From: a virus
Direction: 5' to 3' (one strand)
IMG/VR virus record: IMGVR_UViG_3300025646_000029
Span: 1 to 64,000 of that record
Length of the DNA: 64,000 nt
Shown: piece by piece, positions 1 through 7,543 of the stretch
Layout: the number at the start of each line of letters is the position of its first letter
How positions within the stretch are numbered: the stretch's first letter is position 1
Made by a program: the position numbers and the translations under genes
Notes under the pieces: model-generated
Told to the model about the DNA's origin: nothing
Databases searched by the model: none
Seen by the model: only the letters and a program-made list of their open reading frames with translations

Positions 1-135
1 AGGTCGGGGGCCAGGTCTGGAATCAGGTCGGGTATCAGGTCTTGTATCAGGTCGGGATTCAGGTCTTTGATCAGGTTTGGTATCAGGTCTGGAATCAGGT
101 CGGGAATCGGGTCATGGATCAGGTATTGGAGGAAA
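1..135. repeat. tandem array of about 11 copies of a 12-bp unit AGGTC-N-GG-N-ATC
   Basis: Direct reading: aggtctggaatc, aggtcgggtatc, aggtcttgtatc, aggtcgggattc, aggtctttgatc and so on. The period is 12 bp with about 3 variable positions per unit. The array runs off the left edge of the window. Confidence 0.9.
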
Positions 136-176
136 TTCGTGAAAACAGCCGAGCAGGTGTGGGATCAGGTCAATGA
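1..176 (+). CDS. 5'-truncated ORF (frame 3) encoding a tetrapeptide-repeat (Q-V-x-x)n protein
   Basis: Frame 3 is open from the window edge to TGA at 174-176, which overlaps the ATG at 173 (ATGA). Translation: VGGQVWNQVGYQVLYQVGIQVFDQVWYQVWNQVGNRVMDQVLEEIRENSRAGVGSGQ. Frame 1 is also open across the repeat, so coding status is uncertain. Confidence 0.25.
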   Translation, partial: VGGQVWNQVGYQVLYQVGIQVFDQVWYQVWNQVGNRVMDQVLEEIRENSRAGVGSGQ

Positions 177-574
177 GAGAGATTAAATTTAGATTTTGGC
201 ATAATGGATTAAGGCAATTCTTACCGGATTACATGTTTGGTATTACTGGCAACTGGATACTTACTTGTGAACCCCGCTTTAAGTTATGGGATGGTCCTCA
301 GTGGGATTTGGCTTCACCTAACACAACGTTAGATATTACCATTCAGCAGTACACGGGACTTAAAGATAAGAATGGAGTGAAGATTTACGAAGGCGATATC
401 TTACGGTGGAACGGTCCTAGTGATATTTATCGAACCGGAGTGGTAAAATATAACCCACCAAGATTTGAAGCCTTAACTGACAGCATTCCAAATATGAATG
501 GTTTACCAGTATATAACATTCTTCACAATAAATCAATGGTTGTTGGAAATATCTTTGAAGGAGTTAATAAATGA
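173..574 (+). CDS. YopX-like phage protein, paralog 1
   Basis: N-terminal MREIKFRFW, central QQYTGLKDKNGVKIYEGDI and C-terminal VVGNIFEGVNK, a pattern shared by five ORFs in this window and typical of the YopX family. Stop and start overlap the flanking genes. Confidence 0.6.
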   Translation: MREIKFRFWHNGLRQFLPDYMFGITGNWILTCEPRFKLWDGPQWDLASPNTTLDITIQQYTGLKDKNGVKIYEGDILRWNGPSDIYRTGVVKYNPPRFEALTDSIPNMNGLPVYNILHNKSMVVGNIFEGVNK

Positions 575-936
575 CTGATAAGTCAGATAAAAAACAGAAG
601 CATCTGGTTCGTTTCGAAGACATGCTGACCGACTCACAAAGAGCGGCGTGGGTAATGACAATTGAAGACGATGAAATATGGATGACGCTTGAAGAAATTA
701 TGGATGCTCATAAGAAATATTGTGAAGATCAAGATATGGGAGATGTTCCTCCAACACGGGGTGAGCTACTTAGAGACATTGGAGACTTTATTAGATTTCA
801 TTACGTGGAAGTTCTAGTAGAATGCAAAACTTGTGATGGTACAGGAGAAGTTCATTCTCATAATCCACAGTGTTGGACATGTTCTGGAAGAGGGTATACA
901 ATTGTGTGGAGAAACAGTTGTCGTAAATCTTCTTGA
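571..936 (+). CDS. small protein with DnaJ-type CxxCxGxG zinc-finger repeats
   Basis: CKTCDGTG and CWTCSGRG motifs. The N-terminal half is paralogous to the 1015..1260 ORF (WMTLEEIM(D/E)AH(K/H)KYCEDQD(M/I)GDVPPT). Confidence 0.45.
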   Translation: MTDKSDKKQKHLVRFEDMLTDSQRAAWVMTIEDDEIWMTLEEIMDAHKKYCEDQDMGDVPPTRGELLRDIGDFIRFHYVEVLVECKTCDGTGEVHSHNPQCWTCSGRGYTIVWRNSCRKSS

Positions 937-1014
937 AAAGAATTATAAATTAGCCAAGAAGATAAAGAAACTACTTTCTGAAAATACAGATTTAATCTTT
1001 AGCAAGGAAAAGAT

Positions 1015-1260
1015 ATGAAATTTCGCCGCATTAGAATAGATCCACAACCCGGACAAAATTACCCGCATCCAGAAGGAACTGCGTGTATTGGTATACACGC
1101 CTTGGAGTCAGATAGATGGATGACACTCGAAGAAATTATGGAAGCTCACCATAAGTATTGTGAAGATCAAGATATAGGAGATGTTCCGCCGACATGGGGT
1201 GAGCTAATTAGAGATCTGGGGTTGTTTATTTGTTTTCATATGGTAGAAGTGAATGAGTAA
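1015..1260 (+). CDS. paralog of the N-terminal domain of the 571..936 protein, lacking the Zn finger
   Basis: About 45 aa align near-identically to 571..936. ATGA overlap at both ends. Confidence 0.4.
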   Translation: MKFRRIRIDPQPGQNYPHPEGTACIGIHALESDRWMTLEEIMEAHHKYCEDQDIGDVPPTWGELIRDLGLFICFHMVEVNE

Positions 1261-1465
1261 AAGAAAACTACACAACAATAAACCAAAGTCTTCCCACAGC
1301 AAATCTCGCAACCAAAGTGAATCTCACAGAAAAGGCTCATGTCTCAGGAAGATTGGATACGATAAAAGGGAAGCATACGAACACAAAAAAATTATGGGAG
1401 ATACTGATCTATCTATTTACAAGTGTAAGTTTTGTGGTAAATTCCATATTGGACATAGGAGTTGA
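1253..1465 (+). CDS. small basic Zn-ribbon protein
   Basis: Lys/Arg/His-rich N-terminus and a C-terminal CKFCGKFH motif. Translationally coupled. Confidence 0.3.
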   Translation: MSKRKLHNNKPKSSHSKSRNQSESHRKGSCLRKIGYDKREAYEHKKIMGDTDLSIYKCKFCGKFHIGHRS

Positions 1466-1947
1466 CAATGAGTGATAAATCAGAAGATCATCCATACGCA
1501 AAGTATCTAAAGTTAAAAGAGCCGGTAGAATTTAAACTTTCTATTTTAGATGATAAAGAACAAAAGTTTTGGGACCATATGGAGAAAAAGAATGACCGAA
1601 ATAGAGAAGGTTGGTACGGGTTTGCAACTTTTGGATATGCTGATCCAGATAAAGAAAATAGAATCAAGAAAAAACTACAAGATTCATTAGACTCATTGAA
1701 ATGGAATACTTGGAATAGATGGAGCGATCCAGACTTAAACGATGTCTACAGTAACGGAATGACTGGAGAAGTTGCGTCTTTTCATGACTGCATTTATGAA
1801 GCACTTAATAAGTCATACGAAATTGAGCAACTGCGGGACATCTTCTTTTCTTTACCAGAACATCTTATTCTAGTAGCAAGAGAATGGGGCTTGTCAGACA
1901 CAGAATTTAGAGAGGCGGTATATTCACACTTATGTCAGAATTCATAA
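1462..1947 (+). CDS. hypothetical protein
   Basis: 161-aa ORF with coupled start and stop. No recognisable motif. Confidence 0.4.
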   Translation: MTMSDKSEDHPYAKYLKLKEPVEFKLSILDDKEQKFWDHMEKKNDRNREGWYGFATFGYADPDKENRIKKKLQDSLDSLKWNTWNRWSDPDLNDVYSNGMTGEVASFHDCIYEALNKSYEIEQLRDIFFSLPEHLILVAREWGLSDTEFREAVYSHLCQNS

Positions 1948-2330
1948 TCGACACTGGTAAAACCAGAACAGAACCAATTGATTACAGTTGGAGAAATAAA
2001 CCCGGAGGTGGATGCCTCGGAGCTATTGACTGCAAAGAATGTGGATGTATTATGGCTGCTCAAGGCAGTCATTGTTTTTGTATGGGGATTTATACCTGTC
2101 CAAGATGTGGTTATGAATCTAAAGGATGGGTGCATAATATTCGTGGATTTAAGAATGGTAGTCCAATTTATGATGACCCCGTTGATATTGATTCGGAAAC
2201 CTTTGAAAAAATCAAAACTGGATTTAAAGCTGTTGACTTTGCCCCAACAGGTGTTATGATAGACCACGATTCTTATGCTATAGCCGATATTATGGTAAAA
2301 TTTTATTTAGGGTTGACAAATGAGTTCTGA
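1932..2330 (+). CDS. Cys-rich hypothetical protein
   Basis: CLGAIDCKECGC...CFCMGIYTCPRCGY. The C-terminal 20 aa (DSYAIADIMVKFYLGLTNEF) are identical to the C-terminus of the 7346..7543 ORF. Confidence 0.4.
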   Translation: MSEFIIDTGKTRTEPIDYSWRNKPGGGCLGAIDCKECGCIMAAQGSHCFCMGIYTCPRCGYESKGWVHNIRGFKNGSPIYDDPVDIDSETFEKIKTGFKAVDFAPTGVMIDHDSYAIADIMVKFYLGLTNEF

Positions 2331-2643
2331 CGAACATAAGCAACGATACATTAACCGCATAAAAGAAGTAGTTAATCCTATGATCTACAAGGAAGTAGAT
2401 GGATATGATGTCATACAATTTAAAGGTGCTGGATTTTTTAGTGCTGAATCATTACGTGTAATTGCCGATTATCTTGATGAAAGAAATAAACCGTGGGACC
2501 ATGTTATCAATGAGGGGATATGTCACCAATGCGGAAGAGCAAAAGAAATGTCAAGAGAAATAACAGAAAATGGAGATCCGATATTTTATGACTGCCACTA
2601 TTGTACTACTATTAATATGATAGACCGCCAAGCGTATCACTAG
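2320..2643 (+). CDS. hypothetical Zn-binding protein
   Basis: CHQCGRAKEM...YDCHYCTT. The start lies inside the conserved junction motif. Confidence 0.4.
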   Translation: MSSDEHKQRYINRIKEVVNPMIYKEVDGYDVIQFKGAGFFSAESLRVIADYLDERNKPWDHVINEGICHQCGRAKEMSREITENGDPIFYDCHYCTTINMIDRQAYH

Positions 2644-2742
2644 CTCAATTAAAAGAGCTATCTCAAGAAGATAGAGCTAAAGTATTCCGGCACTTTTGTC
2701 GAGGATGTAATCGTTACCTTGAAGAAGGAGAGGTTTGCTATT

Positions 2743-3210
2743 GTGAGAAATATTAAATTTCGTGTATGGTCTAAACTTCATAAGAAATGGTATAATAATA
2801 CTATTTTAATAGCCTATGATGGTCTGCCATTTGCTCACTTTGTTAAAGTTGATGATGATGGAAAAGCTGTAGAACATCAGGTATTTAATGCGGAGAATTT
2901 AGACCTTGTAGTTCAACAATCAACGGGACTCACCGATCAGAATGGTCAGGAAATTTACGAGGGGGATATTCTCTCTTTTCCAAAAGACAGTATGGAAGAC
3001 TACATCGTACATGCTGTTGTAAAATATGGCACTGGAGAATTTGATGGTGGAGTTTACAAATATACCGGATTTTATCTTGAAAGCACAGGAGATGATGTTA
3101 ATCTAAAAGAGGGCGACATCATGGAACCCTATGAGATAACAAACCTGCATGATCCAAAGTGGTATCACTACGAAGTAGTGGGAAATATCTTTGAAGGAGT
3201 TGATAAATGA
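2743..3210 (+). CDS. YopX-like phage protein, paralog 2
   Basis: The GTG at 2743 gives M/V-RNIKFRVW like the other paralogs, preceded by the RBS gaaggagagg. QQSTGLTDQNGQEIYEGDI and VVGNIFEGVDK motifs. The track start at 2719 is probably too far upstream. Confidence 0.55.
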   Translation: MRNIKFRVWSKLHKKWYNNTILIAYDGLPFAHFVKVDDDGKAVEHQVFNAENLDLVVQQSTGLTDQNGQEIYEGDILSFPKDSMEDYIVHAVVKYGTGEFDGGVYKYTGFYLESTGDDVNLKEGDIMEPYEITNLHDPKWYHYEVVGNIFEGVDK

Positions 3211-3422
3211 CTAATTACATTGTAATGTGGGAAAGAGATGGTAATGAAGGTTTTGACTTTGTAAACGCAGAAGATGAAGACTCTGCTATTGAGCTATGGC
3301 TCGAACATCAAAATGGTCATCATCCAGATGGTCGTTTATACAAGATGATTATTACCGAAACTAACAATACCTACAAAGTTCCACTGGATTCCTATGGATA
3401 TTATTATGGAGTTGAGAAATGA
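3207..3422 (+). CDS. hypothetical protein
   Basis: 71-aa ORF with ATGA coupling at both ends. Confidence 0.35.
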   Translation: MTNYIVMWERDGNEGFDFVNAEDEDSAIELWLEHQNGHHPDGRLYKMIITETNNTYKVPLDSYGYYYGVEK

Positions 3423-3598
3423 GTTCTGACGAACTAAAAATACAAACCCGATATCAATTTGGATTTCCTTATCATAGAATAGTGTATGGAGATATGGTTG
3501 TCGTAAATCTTCTTGAAAAGAATTATAGATTAGCCAAGACAATAAAGAAGCTACTTTCTGAAAATCCAGATCTAATCTTTAATAAAGAAAAGATATGA
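3419..3598 (+). CDS. small conserved peptide (59 aa), below the ORF-track cutoff
   Basis: MSSDELKIQTRYQFGFPYHRIVYGDMVVVNLLEKNYRLAKTIKKLLSENPDLIFNKEKI. The C-terminal 34 aa are encoded by a ~110-bp repeat also present at 908..1018, with synonymous differences. Confidence 0.3.
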   Translation: MSSDELKIQTRYQFGFPYHRIVYGDMVVVNLLEKNYRLAKTIKKLLSENPDLIFNKEKI

Positions 3599-3771
3599 CT
3601 CACCAAATTACCTGTATCTATTGCCATGACACTATTTTTGTCAATCAAGATAGAGTTCGTAATAATCTATCTCTGAATTTATGGAAGTTTGTCGATTGGG
3701 GCTCTGGCGTTTGTCCAAAGTGTTCTAAAACACTAAAAGAACAAGAAATCACTCAAAGGGTTGACAAATGA
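3595..3771 (+). CDS. small Zn-ribbon protein (58 aa), below the ORF-track cutoff
   Basis: MTHQITCIYCHDTIFVNQ...GSGVCPKCSKTL. Its start overlaps the previous stop (ATGA). It ends ...QRVDK with its stop overlapping the ATG at 3768. Confidence 0.3.
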   Translation: MTHQITCIYCHDTIFVNQDRVRNNLSLNLWKFVDWGSGVCPKCSKTLKEQEITQRVDK

Positions 3772-4106
3772 GCCGTGAGATTAAGTTTCGTTTTTGGGAC
3801 ACACAAGACAAGAAATTTGCTAAGAATCTAGCTATCCTTAATAATGGGACCATTTTAGAAATAGATGTAACGCCATTTTCCCCCAATCAAGATAAGTATA
3901 TTTCTCAACAATACACAGGACTTAAAGATAAGAATGGTGTGGAGATTTATGAGGGCGACATTGTAGAATTTTGCATACCAAAAAATGAACCAGAAACTGA
4001 AACAGTGACTTTTGAAGACGCGGTTTTTTGGGCCGGTTATCCGCTGTATGAAGTCGCCAGTAGTTGTAAAGTAGTTGGAAATGTATTTGAAGGAGTTGAC
4101 AAATGA
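3768..4106 (+). CDS. YopX-like phage protein, paralog 3
   Basis: MSREIKFRFW, QQYTGLKDKNGVEIYEGDI and VVGNVFEGVDK. Confidence 0.6.
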   Translation: MSREIKFRFWDTQDKKFAKNLAILNNGTILEIDVTPFSPNQDKYISQQYTGLKDKNGVEIYEGDIVEFCIPKNEPETETVTFEDAVFWAGYPLYEVASSCKVVGNVFEGVDK

Positions 4107-4387
4107 AATGCCCGGCATGTGGGTACACCCACGAAACCAAAACAGAAATGGTTGGCGATGTTATTCGTTACAAATCTGGAAAAAGAAAAGGCGAGATCAA
4201 AGAAGTTAAAACAAAAACAATAACTTTAGAGATCGGTCATGAGCCATTTGAAGCAGTAACAATTTCTCATTGTCGGGTCGTACACCACAGGGAAGCCGAA
4301 TACGGTTTCTGCGGGGACAAAGATCGTGAGGAAATATCATTTAATGCCTGCCCCGAATGCGGTTGTATGTTTATTGATAGGGGTTGA
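4103..4387 (+). CDS. Zn-ribbon protein
   Basis: MKCPACGY...CPECGC motifs. Confidence 0.4.
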   Translation: MKCPACGYTHETKTEMVGDVIRYKSGKRKGEIKEVKTKTITLEIGHEPFEAVTISHCRVVHHREAEYGFCGDKDREEISFNACPECGCMFIDRG

Positions 4388-4390
4388 CAA

Positions 4391-4657
4391 ATGACCAAAG
4401 AAAATGGCGGCATAGATGGTTATATTGATACTAGGGAGTATACTATGCTTTGGATTAAAGACGCAATAAAATGGAAAGAGCTACCGCTTGTCGAGAAATT
4501 GGAAGCCTTACGCCTTCACTATTGCACCGGTCCATGCGGTCAGTCTAGCAGTATTTTAGCTACTCGGTCTGCGACCGACTCCGCCCTTAAAGAAGCAATG
4601 AAGACAATTGATTCGTTAAGTCGATTGAGCGGAAGTAGAGAAGATTACACCACGTGA
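4391..4657 (+). CDS. hypothetical protein
   Basis: 88-aa ORF preceded by the junction motif ggggttgacaaATGa. Confidence 0.35.
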   Translation: MTKENGGIDGYIDTREYTMLWIKDAIKWKELPLVEKLEALRLHYCTGPCGQSSSILATRSATDSALKEAMKTIDSLSRLSGSREDYTT

Positions 4658-4692
4658 ACTGCTGGTGCTTGAAGAAAGATAGGCATGTTACT

Positions 4693-5136
4693 ATGAGAAG
4701 TATTAAGTTTAGAATTTGGCACAAACCAACAAATCAATTCGTAAGATGTCATCCTGTATGGGATGATGAAAAGTATACAGACCTTGGGCTTTTATCACTT
4801 ACTTCCGATGGTGAATTAATATTTGAAACTAAGTATGATGGATTCCAAAGGTTAAGTAGTAATGAGGTTGACGATTTTATCGTCCAGCAATACACCGGAC
4901 TCAAAGATAAGAATGAAGTGGAGGTTTATGAGGGAGATATCGCAGACTGGTGCGAAGATTCATACATAGACGAGGGTACTCAACCAGCTACAATAGTTTG
5001 GCACGAACTAGAAGGCTGGAAATGTACTTGGTATACAGAAGACAGGTCTGAATTATGTACAGAACCACTGTATTTTTATGAAAATCATCGCTACTTTGAG
5101 GTAATCGGAAATATCTTTGAAGGAGTTAAGAAATGA
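4693..5136 (+). CDS. YopX-like phage protein, paralog 4
   Basis: The ATG at 4693 gives MRSIKFRIW. VQQYTGLKDKNEVEVYEGDI and VIGNIFEGVKK motifs. Confidence 0.55.
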   Translation: MRSIKFRIWHKPTNQFVRCHPVWDDEKYTDLGLLSLTSDGELIFETKYDGFQRLSSNEVDDFIVQQYTGLKDKNEVEVYEGDIADWCEDSYIDEGTQPATIVWHELEGWKCTWYTEDRSELCTEPLYFYENHRYFEVIGNIFEGVKK

Positions 5137-5789
5137 TTGTAGTAGCTGGAACCACATATAGAACCGGGACGACGTTAATTCAAAGACTGATCAATACTTC
5201 ATCAGAAGAACGTGTAATATATGGTGAAGACAACGCGATTCTACAGTGCGTTTCTAATTATTTAAGCTTTACCCGCAATTCATTAAAGCGATCAAATGCA
5301 CAAACAGAAATCTTCAAGAAAGATAAAAATTCTTTTACAGCAAATATGCTACCATTGAATAAAGTGCCTTACGCTTGTGCAAATTTTATCAACAGTTTGT
5401 ATTTCAATTCTGGGTTTAAAGTTTTGTCACCAACAATCGAGCAAATCAAAACACTAGCGGCTATCTCTGACGCGAAGATAGTTTTAATGTATAGAAACGT
5501 ACAAGAAAGTTGGAGATCCTACCAAAGTATGTATAATTGGGTAGATAAAAAAACATTCTTTGGTTATTTTGAGAGATCTAGAGAATTGTTAAAATCTTCC
5601 CTAAATGGTGAGCTAGACTACGTTTATACAATAAAGTATGAAGATATAGCCCGAGATACAATTGAAAGATTATTCGATTGGTTAGAAATATCCAATAGAG
5701 ATAATATCGCAGAGGTATTAAATCTTAAACTAAAGGAAATGGACGGTTTTAGCAATAGTAGTGATTCTTATTTAGAGGTTGACAAATGA
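5133..5789 (+). CDS. sulfotransferase-like protein
   Basis: N-terminal AGTTYRTGTTL resembles the PAPS 5'-phosphosulfate-binding loop (PKSGTTW-like). LMYRNVQESWRSY resembles the 3'-phosphate-binding RNPxD..S.Y motif. The size fits a sulfotransferase domain. Confidence 0.4.
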   Translation: MIVVAGTTYRTGTTLIQRLINTSSEERVIYGEDNAILQCVSNYLSFTRNSLKRSNAQTEIFKKDKNSFTANMLPLNKVPYACANFINSLYFNSGFKVLSPTIEQIKTLAAISDAKIVLMYRNVQESWRSYQSMYNWVDKKTFFGYFERSRELLKSSLNGELDYVYTIKYEDIARDTIERLFDWLEISNRDNIAEVLNLKLKEMDGFSNSSDSYLEVDK

Positions 5790-5817
5790 AGCTATCCAAG
5801 TCGATGAAGGAAGTGAA

Positions 5818-5949
5818 ATGAGTGATTTACCATCGGGATATAACTTCAAAATACAGGTGCCGGGAAAACACAAACCACACAAAGAATATAACGACCCGCA
5901 CAACAGATTGTCGCAATTGTGTGTACTTGGCTTTAGGAATAATAAATGA
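5818..5949 (+). CDS. tiny ORF (43 aa) in an ATGA-coupled chain
   Basis: MSDLPSGYNFKIQVPGKHKPHKEYNDPHNRLSQLCVLGFRNNK. Its stop overlaps the ATG at 5946. An 11-aa ORF at 5786..5821 links it to the upstream gene. Confidence 0.2.
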   Translation: MSDLPSGYNFKIQVPGKHKPHKEYNDPHNRLSQLCVLGFRNNK

Positions 5950-6491
5950 GAGGGATTAAGTTTACGGATAAAATAATTGTAATTGATGTTGAATCCACAT
6001 GCGATGAAAACAAAGAGGGATTTATAAGTGAAATAATTGAGATAGGAATGACAGACTCAAACGGAAAAGAAATTCCTTCTATTTTTGTAAAACCAAAATA
6101 TTCTATAGTTACGCCATTTTGTACCAGATTAACAACTTTGACTCCTGAAGAAATTGAAGCAAAAGGTCAAGAGCCAGAAATTGCATATAAAAATCTCGAA
6201 TCTATATTTTCAAAATATACTAGGTGGGCATCTTATGGATATTACGACAAAAAAATGTTTGAAAAAATGAGTAGTCTATACGGGCTAGATATAAGGCTGC
6301 CACCGATACATATAAATGTTAGATTACTTTTTGCTCAAGAAATATTAAATAGTAATGATCCTCAAAAAGCACCAAGAAATCCCAAGGACGCACTAATTAT
6401 GCTGGGTAAAGAATTTCAAGGGGTAAATCACAGAGGGGAAGATGACGCTATAAACATAGCAAATCTTTATAATTTGTTAATTCAATTCTAG
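5946..6491 (+). CDS. DnaQ-like 3'-5' exonuclease (DEDDh family)
   Basis: Exo I motif VIDVEST and exo III motif HRGEDDAINIANLY (H-x4-D). 181 aa. Confidence 0.65.
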   Translation: MRGIKFTDKIIVIDVESTCDENKEGFISEIIEIGMTDSNGKEIPSIFVKPKYSIVTPFCTRLTTLTPEEIEAKGQEPEIAYKNLESIFSKYTRWASYGYYDKKMFEKMSSLYGLDIRLPPIHINVRLLFAQEILNSNDPQKAPRNPKDALIMLGKEFQGVNHRGEDDAINIANLYNLLIQF

Positions 6492-6504
6492 GAGTTATGG
6501 GTAA

Positions 6505-6936
6505 ATGAGAGCGATTAAGTTTCGGGCATGGAATAAAAGAGAGAAAGGATGGGAGCAAGAACATTCCTGTTATGGGATTGGGCTAGACGGAACAATTATT
6601 CCTGCGACGCCTTGTGTAACTCCCATTCGTCCTTTTAATAAGGACAGCGTAATTATCCAGCAGTATACTGGACTTAAAGACAAGAAAGGTCGAGAGATTT
6701 ATGAGGGCGATTTAATTATATCAGATCATTGGGCTTCGCAAGAACCATTAGTAGTTAGCTGGGATAAAGACGCCTGTAAATTTTACGCTTCACTTTCAAC
6801 TGGTGGAGAATACATTGATATGGACGAGGCTAGTAAACTGGTGGTCGGTAATATTTTTGAAGGAGTTGATAAATTAGTGATGAAATCACATACGGCGAAA
6901 TCTGCTGGTACGGTCAGGGTTTTTGGGGGTAAATAA
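6505..6936 (+). CDS. YopX-like phage protein, paralog 5 with a C-terminal extension
   Basis: MRAIKFRAW, IQQYTGLKDKKGREIYEGDL and VVGNIFEGVDK, followed by 20 extra residues. RBS aggag upstream. Confidence 0.55.
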   Translation: MRAIKFRAWNKREKGWEQEHSCYGIGLDGTIIPATPCVTPIRPFNKDSVIIQQYTGLKDKKGREIYEGDLIISDHWASQEPLVVSWDKDACKFYASLSTGGEYIDMDEASKLVVGNIFEGVDKLVMKSHTAKSAGTVRVFGGK

Positions 6937-6939
6937 CCA

Positions 6940-7161
6940 ATGCTTTACTTCATGAAGTTGATTGCAGCGAATGGTATAATTGGCTTCATTCACGTATTTT
7001 CGATTTACCTGGAGTCACAAATACCACGGGAGCGTCTTGATTTGGTGTTGATTGTCACGTTTTTTCATTTGTCGGCCACTTTCTGGCTTATGGACAGAAG
7101 CCTTAAAAAGAACTGGTTCAATCTCTTTCCCGGCAGAAAAGGTAGGGGTCTTTTCTGGTGA
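6940..7161 (+). CDS. small hydrophobic protein, possibly membrane
   Basis: Two hydrophobic stretches, IAANGIIGFIHVFSIY and LVLIVTFFHLSATFWL. Confidence 0.25.
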   Translation: MLYFMKLIAANGIIGFIHVFSIYLESQIPRERLDLVLIVTFFHLSATFWLMDRSLKKNWFNLFPGRKGRGLFW

Positions 7162-7272
7162 GGTAAATAAATATGAAAACAGATAATCAGACGACGAAAC
7201 TCTTTCGATCAATTGGCTGTGCCTTTTGCGTAGCCTTTTTATTGTTGTCGTGCTGGTTTTGGCGGGTGTGCA

Positions 7273-7300
7273 TTGAAATGGAGTACTTCTTACGTATAAT
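7273..7300 (+). promoter_or_regulatory. sigma70/sigmaA-like promoter candidate (TTGAAA-16-TATAAT)
   Basis: ttgaaa at 7273-7278, a 16-bp spacer, and a perfect tataat at 7295-7300. It lies about 45 bp upstream of the ORF at 7346, in the only sizeable gap of the left arm. Confidence 0.35.
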
Positions 7301-7345
7301 ACATGTGCTAAAATATTTTACAGAATACTAAACAGGACTTGACAA

Positions 7346-7543
7346 ATGAGTTTACAAGATCAAGCAGAAAATTTAGAAGCAATTAAATTAATGTGTTCCA
7401 AATACAAAGAAGAACTAAAAGAAAAGGCTCTTAAAATGGTTTGGGAGCAAGATCAAGAAGAAGGGCAGGGGTGGTCTGACGATTCTTATGCTATAGCCGA
7501 TATTATGGTAAAATTTTATTTAGGGTTGACAAATGAGTTCTAA
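7346..7543 (+). CDS. hypothetical protein sharing a C-terminal tail with 1932..2330
   Basis: Ends DSYAIADIMVKFYLGLTNEF. 63 bp are identical to 2266..2328. Confidence 0.35.
   Translation: MSLQDQAENLEAIKLMCSKYKEELKEKALKMVWEQDQEEGQGWSDDSYAIADIMVKFYLGLTNEF

Noticed and set aside
1-135. CRISPR array interpretation of the 12-bp tandem repeat
   Set aside because: The units are contiguous with no spacers and are only 12 bp long. No cas genes are adjacent. This is a simple tandem or iteron-like repeat.
2643-2742. Possible hairpin or terminator at gagctatctcaagaagatagagcta after the gene ending at 2643
   Set aside because: The two arms are not true reverse complements (AGAGCTATCT versus AGATAGAGCT), so no stable stem forms.
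7162-7345. tRNA or small RNA gene in the largest intergenic gaps (7162-7345, 13669-13829, 22096-22160)
   Set aside because: No T-loop-like GTTCRANNC or cloverleaf-compatible pairing was seen by eye. The gap 7173..7331 instead contains a plausible 52-aa hydrophobic mini-ORF. A covariance-model scan would be needed to exclude tRNAs fully.
1456-7533. TTGACA in the recurring junction motif as sigma70 -35 promoter boxes
   Set aside because: No TATAAT-like -10 hexamer sits 16-18 bp downstream at any copy. The motif always straddles a stop and start codon, so a translational-coupling or module-boundary role fits better.
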